A stretch of 64,000 bases of DNA from Octopus sinensis (Eukaryota): positions 7,688,001 through 7,752,000 of the forward strand of contig NC_043013.1 in assembly GCF_006345805.1 (NCBI RefSeq), written 5' to 3'. The notes under the pieces are model-generated. The model was not told the origin of the DNA and ran no database searches. It worked only from the letters and a program-made list of their open reading frames with translations. How positions within the stretch are numbered: the first letter of the stretch is position 1; each line of letters starts with the position of its first letter. Shown piece after piece: positions 1-11,335 of this stretch. Position numbers and translations under genes: made by a program.

Positions 1-90
1 TAGTCTGGAATAGAAAAAACAAAAAAAACAAAAAAAGAATTGTAAGATTACAATTGATTAACAGAGGCTTTGTGCTTAATTCTTGTTTTA

Positions 91-615
91 CCGTAAATCT
101 TTGAGTATAGTCCACCCTTGAGTATAATATGCAGGGGATTTTTAGGGGTCAGTACCTCTGAAAAACCTAAACCTTGTGTATCATACACGCCCCTTCTCTA
201 ACTTGAGTCGTGCATAATTAAGCCAGCAGCACCTAGTTGAACAAACACTTCCGCGCATGTGTAATACAATAATGGTGATGTTCTTAACTGTTATATGGGA
301 ATGTAAATATGTTTGCAAATTGTTTTTGTTACATGTTATTCTGTGTTCTGAATACTTTTATTTTAATAAATGTGACTTACTGCAGGTTATGGAAGATTCT
401 TTTATGACTTCATTGCTTTCAGGCTTAGCTTAAGGTATTTTCGCGTCTGGCATCACAAAATGCATCTGAACATTTCCGAACAGCAAATAGAGACTCAAAC
501 ATTGTTTAGAAAATATTTTTCATTTTTAACCTCGTTTATAGTACACACTAGGGATTTTGACCTTTAAAGTTTTTTTTTGGGGGGGGGGATGCGGATTATA
601 CTCGAGGATTTACGG
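91..615. mobile_element. Non-autonomous DNA transposon (MITE), Tc1/mariner-pogo superfamily, Tc2/Kanga-like termini
   Basis: Imperfect TIRs: CCGTAAATCTTTGAGTATAGTCC (91-) and the reverse complement of GGATTATACTCGAGGATTTACGG (-615). TA on both flanks (89-90, 616-617). No ORF. Confidence 0.75.
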
Positions 616-689
616 TATATTAATGTATTAAATGAACAAGTAAGAAACCAATCATGGATAGAACACATATTTAGGGTTAGTGTAACTGA

Positions 690-995
690 TATTGCAAGAA
701 CACCTTCGGCTCATGATCGTAAGGTTGTTAGTTCAAATACATAGTGACACATTACGTCCTTGAGCAAGACACTTTATTACGTGTTGCTCCAGTCAACTCA
801 GTTGGCAAAAATGAGTTGTACATATAATTCAAAGGACCAGCCTTGTCACATTGTGTTCTACTGAATCTCCCTGAGAACTACATTAAGGGTACTTGTGTCT
901 GTGGAGTACTCAGCCATTTGTACATTAATTCCACAAGAAGGCTGTTCTGTTGATTGGATCAACTGGAACCTTCATAGTCATTACCAACAGAATGC
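690..995 (+). mobile_element. Degenerate SINE, family-C-like head with family-F-like tail
   Basis: CCTTGAGCAAGACACTTTA..GTTGCTCCAGTC.ACTCAG core followed by the GAGAACTACATTAAGGGTAC..GGAGTACTCAGCC tail seen in the 19427-19816 copy. Confidence 0.6.
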
Positions 996-1470
996 CAGTT
1001 TTTTTTTGCTATTCCTTACAAGACAAACAGAAGCACATGGCATTAAGTCCCCAGCGTGGCTGTCTGGACACTGACAACTTGGCCCAACTGACCAGCTATT
1101 CAACCTGCCATGGCAATAGTATGTTTTGGCACTGGATGCATTATGTCTATGTCCAGCCTGCAGCTTCCCTTCTATGTAAGGCCGTTATCGTTTATGGCCA
1201 ATATAATGAATAAAGAAGCTTGCTCTCCAACCACGTGGTTCCTGGTTCAGTCCCACTGCATGATACCTCGATCAAGTGTTTCCTGCTATTACTTCAGGCT
1301 GATCAAAACCTTGTGGGAGGATTTGCTAGATGAAAATTGAAAGAAGACCATCGTATACACATGTGTGTCTGTGATTGTCCTCTACCGCTACTCGACAACC
1401 TATGTTGTGTTTATGCAAAAAGAGAGAGAGATAGAATAAGTTACAGGTTTAAAAAAAAAGTCCCGGTATA

Positions 1471-1730
1471 GGTACAGGAGTGGCTGTGTGGTAAGTATAT
1501 ATGTATATATATGTATGCGTGTGTGTGTGTCTGTGTTTGTCCCCCTAGCATTGCTTGACAACCGATGCTGGTGTGTTTATGTCCCCATTACTTAGCGGTT
1601 CAGCAAAAGAGACCGATAGAATAAGTACTGGGCTTACAAAAGAATAAGTCCAAGGGTCGAGTTGCTTGATTAAAGGTGGTGCTCCAGCATGGCCGCATTC
1701 AAATGACTGAAACAAGTAAAAGAATAAAAA
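1471..1730 (+). mobile_element. SINE-A, internally deleted
   Basis: Head GGTACAGGAGTGGCTGTGTGGTAAGTA is joined directly to the internal microsatellite, then the normal 3' half ending CAGCATGGCCGCATTCAAATGACTGAAACAAGTAAAAG. Confidence 0.85.
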
Positions 1731-1920
1731 AAGAAAAGAAAAGAAAAGAAAGTATCAATTCATTTGACGGAAAATTCTTGAAGGTGGTGCTACAGCATGG
1801 CCATGATCTAATGGCCAAAACAAGTAAAAGATTCACACAGAAAATAATTAAAGGCAACATGGCATATGGCTGAAGCCATTACCTTCTTTGATCATCAGCA
1901 GATGAACATGGTAACTTTAA

Positions 1921-2138
1921 CCCTTTAGCACTCAGATTATTCTGTCAAATGTAAAGCTTATGTATTCACACCATTTTAGAGCAATCATGCATCTTTTCAT
2001 GGCTTTGAGATTTGAATGATGTGATTGTTTATTTTTAAAATTACACTGTAAGGTAGCTATGAAAGACCATATCTGACCAGTTTGAAGATAAAACGTAGAA
2101 TATTTTGGCCAGATACGGCTGGTTGAAACACAAAAGGG
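1921..2138. mobile_element. piggyBac-type MITE, family P1
   Basis: TTAA|CCCTTTAG ... AAAAGGG|TTAC. Reverse-orientation homologue of 25463-25682. Confidence 0.75.
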
Positions 2139-2369
2139 TTACATATCTTTTTCTGTTTATCTCTTCGTTTCTTTCTCTTTCTCTTTATTTATCTACTTTT
2201 TGGGCAGTTGTTAGGTCATTGTAGTTGACTAGTGAACTATTACATCACAGTTTGTGAACAAAAGCATCGTTAATTACAGGTTTCCAATAAACTAATCAAA
2301 ATTTCACTGAATTTCTGGTTGTGAGAGTAGCAAAAGAATATCTGTAATTTGGTGCAACACATATTATTC

Positions 2370-2586
2370 TTTTACTCTCTTTTACTCGTTTCAGTCATTT
2401 GACTGCGGCCATGCTGGAGCACCGCCTTTAGTCGAGCAACTCGACCCCGGGACTTATTCTTTGTAAGCCCAGTACTTATTCTATCGGTCTCTTTTGCCGA
2501 ACCGCTAAGTAACGGGGACATAAACACACCAGCATCGGTTGTCAAGCAATGCTAGGGGGACAAACACAGACACACAAACACACACA

Positions 2587-2628
<42 letters not shown>

Positions 2629-2790
2629 TACGACGGGCTTCTTTCAGTTTCCGTCTACCAAATCTACTCACAAGGCTTTGGTTGGCCCGAGGCTATAGTA
2701 GAAGACACTTGCCCAAGGTGCCACGCAGTGGGACTGAACCCGGAACCATGTGGTTGGTGAGCAAGCCACTTACCACGCAGCCACTCCTAT
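2370..2790 (-). mobile_element. SINE-A, full length (tRNA-like head, internal (TA)n(TG)n, AAAGAGT-type tail)
   Basis: Minus strand GGAGTGGCTGCGTGGTAAGT..GGTTCAGTCCC (A/B-box-like), ACCTTGGGCAAGTGTCTTC core, 3' CAGTC-AAAT-GACTG stem-loop. About 20 related copies are in the window. Confidence 0.9.
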
Positions 2791-2914
2791 TTTTTTTTTT
2801 TCACGTATGACTTTATTTAAAGAACATCATTTTTGCATTTGGTATTGACGTTTATCTCCTTTGCCAATTTATATCAGCAAAAGACATACCTATACTTATG
2901 TATTCAATAAGTTT

Positions 2915-3555
2915 CTTATTTCTTTATTGCCCACGTGGGGCTAAACATAGAGGGGACAAACAAGGACAAACAAAGGGATTAATTCGATTACATCGACCCC
3001 CAGTGCGTAATTGGTACTTAATTTATCGATCCTGAAAGTATGAAAGGCAAAGTTGACCTTGGCAGAATTTGAACTCAGAACGTAACGGCAGACGAAATAC
3101 TGCTAAGCATTTCACCCAGCCTGCTAACGTTTCTTATTTTTTTATTGTCCACAAGGGACTAAACATAGAAGGGACAAACAAGGACAGACAAAAGGATTAA
3201 GTCGATTACATTGACCCCAGTGCGTAACTGGTACTTAATTTATCGACCCCGAAAGGATGAAAGGCAAAGTTGACCTCGGCGGAATTTGAACTCAGAACGT
3301 AGCGGCAGATGACATACCTATTTCTTTACTACCCACAAGGGGCTAAACACAGAGAGGACAAACAAGGACAGACAAATGGATTAAGTCGATTATATCGACC
3401 CCAGTGCGTAACTGGTACTTAATTTATCACCTCCCGAAAGGATGAAAGGCAAAGTTGACCTTGGCGGAATTTGAACTCAGAACGTAGTGGCAGACGAAAT
3501 ACCACTAAGCATTTCGCCCAGTGTGCTAACGTTTCTGCCAGCTCGCCGCCTTAAA
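2915..3555 (-). mobile_element. SINE-D, three copies in tandem
   Basis: Three consecutive units containing GTTCAAATTC(C/T)GCC.AGGTCAACTTTGCCTTTCATCCTTTCGGGGTCGATAAATTAAGTACC on the minus strand. Only the rightmost unit has the complete head GGCGGCGAGCTGGCAG. Confidence 0.85.
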
Positions 3556-4012
3556 AGTTTCTGTATAGTTTCTATCTACCAAATTCTACATACAGGGTAT
3601 TGGTCAATCCAAAGCTATAGCAGAAGACACGTGCCTAAGGCGCCATGCAGTAGGATTGCACCCAGAACAATGCGATAACTAAGTGAACTTCTTAACCACA
3701 CAGCTAATCTTGCACTTCAGAGGATTTCAATGAATCAGACTGATAATCCTAATCTTTAATCTAGTTAGTCATTTTAGTTTGTCTGGTGTACCAGTGAATT
3801 GCAGTGTTGACACACTGTGAACCGTTATAAACTAAAAAAAATTTTTTAGCTCAATCCTAGCTCAAAGATACAGAAAACGTTACTGGAAGTCGTTTGGGGA
3901 AATTAAACGTCAAAATTCTAGTGTAGCTTAATTTCCAACACAAAAATGAGGTTATGAGTCATTAATATGTGTCCTCCCAGATCTCAGAGAATTTTTCTTC
4001 TGTTCTGAAAAT

Positions 4013-4132
4013 TTACCATTCTTTTTTTTCTTTTGCTTTATTTAAAGAAACATCATCACCATAAGCTTCAGTTTTAGCATCAATCATCCTAATTCTATCT
4101 CCATGGACATTGAGCACATGTTGGGTGTATAC
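4013..4132 (-). CDS. Candidate coding exon, possibly terminal, of the unidentified minus-strand gene: VYTQHVLNVHGDRIRMIDAKTEAYGDDVSLNKAKEKKEW(*)
   Basis: Acceptor tatatag| at 4133, then an open phase-0 frame of unique sequence. It ends either at donor TG|gtaaat (4017) or reads TGG TAA (stop at 4015-4013). Confidence 0.55.
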   Translation of the reverse strand, partial: VYTQHVLNVHGDRIRMIDAKTEAYGDDVSLNKAKEKKEW

Positions 4133-4232
4133 CTATATATGTATTATATTTTTGCATATTGATATGCATTCATATATGTCTAGCTGAAATTTTGCATGTA
4201 TACACACATTCTACACATGAGGATATATATTT

Positions 4233-4620
4233 ATAGGTGCAGGAGTGGCTGTGTGGTAAGAAACTTGCTTTCCAAGCACATGGTTCTGGGTTCAGTCCCA
4301 CTGTGTGGCACCTTGGGCCAGTGTCTTCTACTATAGCTTCGGGGCCGACCAAAACCTCATGAGCGGATTTGATAGACAGAAACTGAAAGAAGCCCGTCAA
4401 ATGTGTGTGTGTGTGTATTTGTGTCTGTGTTTCTCCCCACCACAATTGCTTGACAACCATGTTGGTGTGCTTATATCCCTGTAACTTAGTGGTTTGGCAA
4501 AAGAGACTGATAGAATAAGTACTAGGCTTACAAAGAATAAGCCCTGGGGTTGATTTGTTCGTCTAAAAGTGATACTCCAGCATGGCCACAGTCAAAGACT
4601 GAAACAAGTAAAAGTATATA
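4233..4620 (+). mobile_element. SINE-A
   Basis: Same head, core and tail as 2370-2790. Confidence 0.9.
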
Positions 4621-5374
4621 TATATAGTGAACTGGTAGATTATTATTATTATTATTTATTCATATAATTTTTATTGTAAGATCTTTGGTACTGGATTCAA
4701 AGCTAATGGGGTTATTAGGCATTGCTTGTAATACTCTTTTACTTTCTCTTTTACTTGTTTCAGTCATTTGACTGTGACCATGCTGGAGCACCGCCTTTAG
4801 TCAAGCAAATCAACCCCAGGACTTATTCTTTGTAAGCCTAGTAATTATACTATCAGTCTCTTTTGCCGAACTGGCCTGGGTGTCAAGGGGGCAGTAGCCC
4901 ATAAAAGTTTAGGAACCACTGCCTTAAACGATGATGATGATGATGATGATGATACCAAATTGACTAACAAGGCATCGGTTAGTCCAAGGTTATAGAAAAC
5001 ACTTGTTCAAGGTGCTTCCCCTTTATGGAAATTTGATTTTAATTACAACTGAAATCTGAACATAATGTTTATACAGGTGTGTGCCTATGTGTGTTTACGT
5101 ACTTGTGGTATATTTGCAGGATTTTGAGTGAGTGAGAGGTGATGTATTTTTATGTATGTGGTTGAAGGTATACTTATGTGTATTTTTGGTACGTGTATTT
5201 GTGTGTGTTTGTGTCTATGTGTGTGTGTGTGTTTATATAAATGTGTAAGGTTGTGGTTTTAGGTGTATGTGTGATGTATTTTTTATGTATTTGTCTGTGG
5301 TGTGTGTGTGAGAGAGAGCATGATTACAATTATGTAATTGTATTCAGTTCATATTCAATACAATTTATTGTAAT

Positions 5375-5745
5375 ATGTACATAGTTTATAACATTACTGT
5401 TAGTTGTTGTGCCTGAAATCTGCCTTGAATAAACAAATCTATGATCAAAGTTATTTTAACAGTTACCATCATACAGTTTATTTTAGGTACAGTGTATCTG
5501 GGACTACATCATATAATGTGTACCCCTTTTGTTTAAAAGATGATAGGAAGTGGTTTATTATATAATTACATAGTATATAACAGTTTTAGTTGTGCTTGAA
5601 ATCTCCCCTAACTAAACAAACCTATGATCAAAGCTATTATAACAGTTACCATCATACAACTTATTTTAGGTACAGTGTATCTGGGACTACATCATATAAT
5701 GCACCCCTTTTGTTTAAAAGATGTCAGGATGTGGTTTAGTTTCTA
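5375..5745 (-). repeat. Tandem duplication (about 185 bp unit) of an interspersed repeat, family G
   Basis: Two consecutive copies of CTATGATCAAAG..AACAGTTACCATCATACA..GGTACAGTGTATCTGGGACTACATCATATAATG. Confidence 0.75.
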
Positions 5746-6622
5746 TTTTTATTAAGTAGCCTGGTAGGATTCCCTCGTTGGTTTATCTACATTTTTCATC
5801 ATACACATGTGTACCGTGTTGACCTGTAATCAAGTTTATTTTTAACTCATAACAATCTAGATGAGTGCGATGTGTATGTACTCTATAACCTCTATTATTA
5901 TTATCACTTAGATATTGACTAATATCTGGTATGATTGAACCTAAGATCAGACCATCTTGACTTTTTTTTTTTTTGCAGTCAGGAAATGCGAATCACCTTC
6001 ACCTTTAATTTGTTTTTATTTACTGTGACTTCTACGACAGATCAACATTAAGACCTTTTAGCCAGCCAAGATGTTTCCATCCTAAGAGCCCCAAACAAAC
6101 ATTTCAGAATTACAGATCACATTTATCACTTACTGATAGAAACAGAAGGACTTTTCAGCCTGTAAACTTTACGTTTTCTGTTCTCATACATTTTTAAGCA
6201 ACTCGTTTTGTTGTTTTTGTTCTTTGTTTTGTCTTTTTTTTTATTTTTTTTGTTTTTCTTCCTTACCATTCACCATCTGATGCTGAATTAGTCATATTTA
6301 TTTATGTACATGTCCTTAGGCTAGTATTGGAAAAAAACAAATAAATAAATAAACACCGCCCTGCCTCCTTACTTGGCATAGCCCAAGGGTTCCTATGATT
6401 TTTTTCCCATTAGGCTACATTTGAAACATGGTGTTTTTTATAAAACAAAATAGAACCCTTCCACCCTCCGAAAAAAACCGGAAAAAAACGAAAAAAAAAA
6501 AAAATAATAATAATAATAATAATAATGGAAAAAGCAAGAATAATAGCCTGAGAAGTCATTTCAGAGGAATTAATAATAATAGTGCATCTCTGAAATTTAG
6601 GCAGCGTATAGATTTTAGTTTT

Positions 6623-6636
6623 GTTTCCATGGCAAC
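6623..6636. promoter_or_regulatory. RFX X-box motif
   Basis: GTTTCCATGGCAAC differs by one base from the perfect palindrome GTTGCCATGGCAAC. It lies in unique sequence. Confidence 0.4.
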
Positions 6637-6769
6637 AAAGCACCAGACCACACTTAACTATCTGAGACATTTATTTATGCATTTACTTAATGCTATTCCA
6701 TTTCCATCTCAAAAATAGAAATCAAACAAATTGAATTCCAGAATGTGCTGGAATAAATTGATATCACAA

Positions 6770-7300
6770 AGTCAGTCCATATGCTTGCCTCGGAAGCATG
6801 CTAATTGAAGGGGGAAGCCAGAGCCTCTCTCTACATGGCCACTTATGCCTGTTAGAAATAGCAGCCAAAAATCCCTCTCTCTCTCTCTCTTTCTCTCTCT
6901 TAAATCATATATTAGCTTCTCAAGACAGCATTGGATAATAAAGTCTGAGATCAACTATGCTGGAAAAGTTGGGATGGTCATGACTAGAATACCTTTCAGT
7001 TTATAACTCTGCTTTGTCAAGGCTGAGCTGCGGATAAACATACTTGCCTCGGAAGCATTCTAACTGAAGGGGAAACTGGAACCAGCCTCTACATGGTCAA
7101 TCTTGCCTGTTAGAAATAGCAGCCAAAAATCTCTCTCCCTCTCAAATCAAATACTAACTTCTCAGGACTACATTAGATAATAAAATCCAGGATCAACTAT
7201 ACTGGAAAAGATGGGATGGTCACGGTTAGAATGCCTTTCTTCATAACTTTGCTTTGTCAGAACTGACCTGGGGATAAGCAACAATACTAACAACAATAAA
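6770..7300 (+). mobile_element. Family G interspersed repeat (SINE/LINE-tail-like), two tandem copies; further copies at about 7640-7880, 29040-29330, 33590-33760, 36040-36360 and 38170-38570
   Basis: Shared CCTGTTAGAAATAGCAGCCAAA..GATGGGATGGTCACGG..GACCTGGG and an AAC-repeat tail. Confidence 0.7.
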
Positions 7301-7441
7301 AAAAATATGCTAATTGAACCATTAATATCTTCTCTACATTATTTCTGGTCTTTGTGTGTGTTTCAAAGTTGTTTCCACTCCATGTCCCTAAATGATAATT
7401 TATTCCCCTCCTAGATTTTATCACGTCAGGAATTTACTCAC

Positions 7442-7522
7442 AGTTCTTTGCTCAGTAGCATTGGTATGAAATATCCATGGTGGAAACCTATTATACTTTC
7501 CAGGATTGATTTTCATAATAGA
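7442..7522 (-). CDS. Candidate internal exon of the minus-strand gene: SIMKINPGKYNRFPPWIFHTNATEQRT
   Basis: aacag| acceptor and strong |gtgagt donor. 81 nt, with only the phase-0 frame open. Phase is compatible with the 4132 exon. Confidence 0.45.
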
Positions 7523-8518
7523 CTGTTTGTTATAAGGATGAATGCACCTAATGTACTCTTATTTTAATTTTTCCTTTCGTTTTTTTTTGTTTCGTTGTTT
7601 TTTTGTTTTCACTACTGGTTCATCAAGCCAAATGAGGGGGGGAATGTCTGTGTTACCTATTCAGTCCGCTAGAAATAGCAACTAAATCTCTCTCTCTCAG
7701 ATCACACCATCACATCTTAGAAAGAAAAATATAGCTAACATACATTAGATAAACGTGGCTCTCTAGATACTCCATGCCTTAAAAAAAAAATAAATAAATA
7801 AAGTAAAGCTGGATGGGCATGGCTGGGACACCTTTTATCATAGGTCTGCTCAGTCAAGCTGACCTGGAACTAACCAACAACCCCTACTTCATCTTTGCCT
7901 CCTCCTACTTCATCTTTGCCCCCTCCCACTTCATTTTACTTCCTCCCACATTATTATCCTTTGGTGTGTCCGCTTTTGCTATCCCCTCTTCTTCAAAACT
8001 AACCTCCCCCACTTCTTCCTCTTCTATGCCTTACACTTCTACTTTTTCCTTCTTACTCCTCTCCTTGTTTTGATTTCTTTTTACATTCTCGCTGCTCCAT
8101 CCCCTCCTTGTTGCCATTCTATAGAATCAGTTTTCAAAGAACTATCTACCGCAACTGGCAACGGTCTTGTTGTTGTGACATCTCCCATCACAAAGTAACC
8201 TCTCCCGGGGATAAGCATAACAGTCATCTCTGGTTCCATCCACAGAACAATAATAGAATATCATTACAAATCCGAGAGAGAGAGAGAGAACAAATGAGTG
8301 AGTGAAGAATATGATCTGATGGATGAGGAAGAGGATATTGTAAATCTGGGAAGGGTTTGATTAAAGCAAGATTGAGAGATGGGGTTAAATGTAATAAGAA
8401 GTAACAGCAGATGTGCACACATGCATGTACGCACAGACAGACACTTATATACATATATGATAAGCTATTTTTTTTTTTATTTGTCTTGCAAGTTACTCGG
8501 GTGACTCTGCCAGTGCTG

Positions 8519-9345
8519 ATGCCATGTAAAAGGCACCGGTGATGGTGCCACATGACACACATGAAAAACACTTGTGCTGGTGCCACGTAAAAAGCACCAG
8601 TGATGGTGCCACATGACACACATGAAAAACACTTGTGCTGGTGCCACGTAAAAAGCACCAGTGATGGTGCCACATGACACACATGAAAAACACTTGTGCT
8701 GGTGCCACGTAAAAAGCACCAGTGATGGTGCCACATGACACACATGAAAAACACTTGTGCTGATGCCATGTAAAAGGCACCGGTGATGGTGCCACATGAC
8801 ACACATGAAAAACACTTGTGCTGGTGCCACGTAAAAAGCACCAGTGATGGTGCCACATGACACACATGAAAAACACTTGTGCTGATGCCATGTAAAAGGC
8901 ACCGGTGATGGTGCCACATGACACACATGAAAAACACTTGTGCTGGTGCCACGTAAAAAGCACCAGTGATGGTGCCACATGACACACATGAAAAACACTT
9001 GTGCTGATGCCACGTAAAAGGCACCGGTGATGGTGCCACATGACACACATGAAAAACACTTGTGCTGGTGCCACGTAAAAAGCACCAGTGATGGTGCCAC
9101 ATGACACACATAAAAACACTTGTGCTGATGCCATGTAAAAGGCACCGGTGATGGTGCCACATGACACACATGAAAAACACTTGTGCTGGTGCCACGTAAA
9201 AAGCACCAGTGATGGTGCCACATGACACACATGAAAAACACTTGTGCTGGTGCCACGTAAAAAGCACCAGTGATGGTGCCACATGACACACATGAAAAAC
9301 ACTTGTGCTGATGCCATGTAAAAGGCACCGGTGATGGTGCCACAT
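8519..9345 (+). repeat. 61-bp minisatellite (13 full units plus one partial) expanded inside an RTE LINE 3' UTR
   Basis: Unit (G/A)TGCCA(C/T)GTAAAA(A/G)GCACC(A/G)GTGATGGTGCCACATGACACACATGAAAAACACTTGTGCTG. It runs into the RTE-tail motif TGGCTGGTGTTAGGAAGGATATCCAG at about 9375. Confidence 0.95.
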
Positions 9346-10024
9346 ATGAAAAGCACCCAGTGCTCTCTGTAAAGTGGCTGGTGTTAGGAAGGATATCCAG
9401 GCGTAGAAACCATCCTGAAACTGGCAAAGGAGCCTGGTGCAGCCCTTGGCCTAACTAGCTCCCTTCAAACCTATGCTAGTATCGATGACATACGAATAGA
9501 ACAGAGTGGTGACATTTAGTAGAGATGACCCAGAAGTTGTTCCTCTTTGATTACTATCGCAAACGGCAGTAGCTTTCTTTAACTGAATACATGACGTTGA
9601 TAGGTTGAAATTACCCAAATACGACAACTTCAAAAATACCAAATTTTGTCAAAAATGTTCAAAGTAAACCGTGTTCTGCATGAGACATTCCACCAATATA
9701 TGAAGTTTCAAACTGTTCAGTTAAAAAAAAAATTAATTAAAAAACCTGTGCACCAAACTGAACAGATCCAACAGATGTTAAATGATGATGATGATGAATG
9801 AATGGATGCTTGCAAAAGGCCTAGGTTAACCCAGGGCTATAGTAGAAGAGACTTGTCCCAAGTGCTAAACAGTGTAACTGAGTCCAAAACAATATGGTTG
9901 GAAAGTAAACTTTTTACTATATTTCTCAGTATACTAGTTAAATTTTTCAAGCCAAAATTTACAGCCAAAAGACGGGTATTTTAATCCTCTCTCAAAGAAT
10001 CTTTGAATTACAAATTACTTGTTG

Positions 10025-10655
10025 ACCCTGTCAGCGCTGGTGCTACATGAAAAGCATCCAGTCCACACTGTAAAGTGGTTAGTGTTTGGAAGGGTATCCA
10101 GCTGTGAAAAGAAAAAAAAAACATGCCAAAACTGACCTTGCCTGTGTTGGTGCCATATAAAAAGCACGCAGTCCACTCTACATAGTGGTTGGTGTTAGGA
10201 AGGGCATCCAGCCATAAAAGTCATGTCAAAACAGACAGCATGGAGGCGCAATGGCCCAGTGGTTAGGGCAGCGGACTCGCGGTCGGAAGATCGCAGTTTC
10301 GATTCTCAGACTGGGCGTTGTGTGTGTTTATTGAGTGAAAACACTTAAAAGCTCCACGAAGCTCCAGCAGGGGGTAGTGGCAACCTCTGTTGTACTCTTT
10401 CGCCACAACTTTCTCTCGCTCTTTCTTCCTGTTTCTTGAGTAACACTGTGATGGACTGGCATCCCGTCCAGCTGGGGGGGGGACATACGCCACAGAAACC
10501 GGGCCCATGAGCCTGGCTAGGCTTGAAAAGGGCAAAAAAGAAAAGAAAAAAACAGACAGCAAAGCATGGTGCAATCTTCCACGTAGCCAGCTCCTGTCAA
10601 ACCGTCCAACCCATTCCAGTATAGAAAGCAGATGTTAAATTATGATGATGATGAT
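10025..10655 (+). mobile_element. RTE-type LINE 3' UTR fragment split by a SINE-F insertion
   Basis: TGGTTGGTGTTAGGAAGGGCATCCAGCC..CCGTCCAACCCATTCCAG..GATGTTAAATTATGATGATG tail. Confidence 0.8.
10241..10548 (+). mobile_element. SINE-F head with an alternative V-domain-like 3' module
   Basis: tRNA-like head TGGAGGCGCAATGGCCCAGTGGTTAGG..GTTTCGATTC. 13-bp TSD AAAACAGACAGCA (10228-10240, 10549-10561). GATGGACTGGCATCCCGTCCAG module. Confidence 0.8.
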
Positions 10656-10971
10656 GATAGTGTGATTTGAGGGAAGCTTTTACTGCTATCTCTAGCAAGT
10701 TGAGTGACCACATAAAAGATAGAGGGTGTCTTGGTAATGGTGGTCTTAGCAAAAGTTGGTGGCAACATTTAGCGATGCTGGTGATGGTAATGATGATGGT
10801 GATGATGATGGTACTACTGCATGTAAAAATATATGAAACTACAACTCCATTGTGTATCATATTGTCAAACAGCAAAAGAAAGAAAGAAAGAAAGAAACAG
10901 TTATTTTACACAATTCACGCAACAAACACCTTTCTATGACTACCAAACAATGCATTTTGAAATACAATTAC

Positions 10972-11009
10972 AATTCTCGGACTATACAATAATAGTAATT
11001 CTGGCCACA
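10972..11009 (-). CDS. Weak candidate exon, (M)WPELLLLYSPRI, bridging phase 1 to phase 0 in the minus-strand gene
   Basis: Pyrimidine tract then ttttccag| and |gtaatt. Selected partly because the phases fit, so it may be chance. Confidence 0.25.
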
Positions 11010-11335
11010 CTGGAAAACTGCCCAGACATGTTTAGGAAAGAAAAAAAAAACCATTTAGTTGGCATTGCATGTGTTTTGGCAAATACATTACACTTGCTTC
11101 AATATCGGTCGGTGTAATATATAATAATGTCAAAGAACATAATCTAATTCTTCATAATGTCAATTCTCTGCCAGAAATATCAGCTTCTCTTTGGAAACAG
11201 TGGCAACATTTTTGTACCAGATGTTAAATTTATTTTAGTCAGATATGCAACATGCAATGGTTAATGGTTTCCTATTTCACCAAGAGAATTCTTTTTTTTT
11301 TTTTAATTGATGGCAACTTATTGCATTTGGAACAA

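Noticed and set aside
385-435. Exon-like GYGRFFYDFIAFRLSL
   Set aside because: It lies within the 91-615 MITE and has no supporting partner exons.
1020-1104. Minus-strand phase-compatible exon candidate
   Set aside because: The sequence looks like a decayed LINE-type repeat and the peptide is unconvincing.
8224-9427. Long ORFs (373, 316 and 287 aa) and a CRISPR-like appearance of the 61-bp array
   Set aside because: The ORFs are translations of a stop-free tandem repeat. There are no unique spacers or cas genes and the context is eukaryotic.
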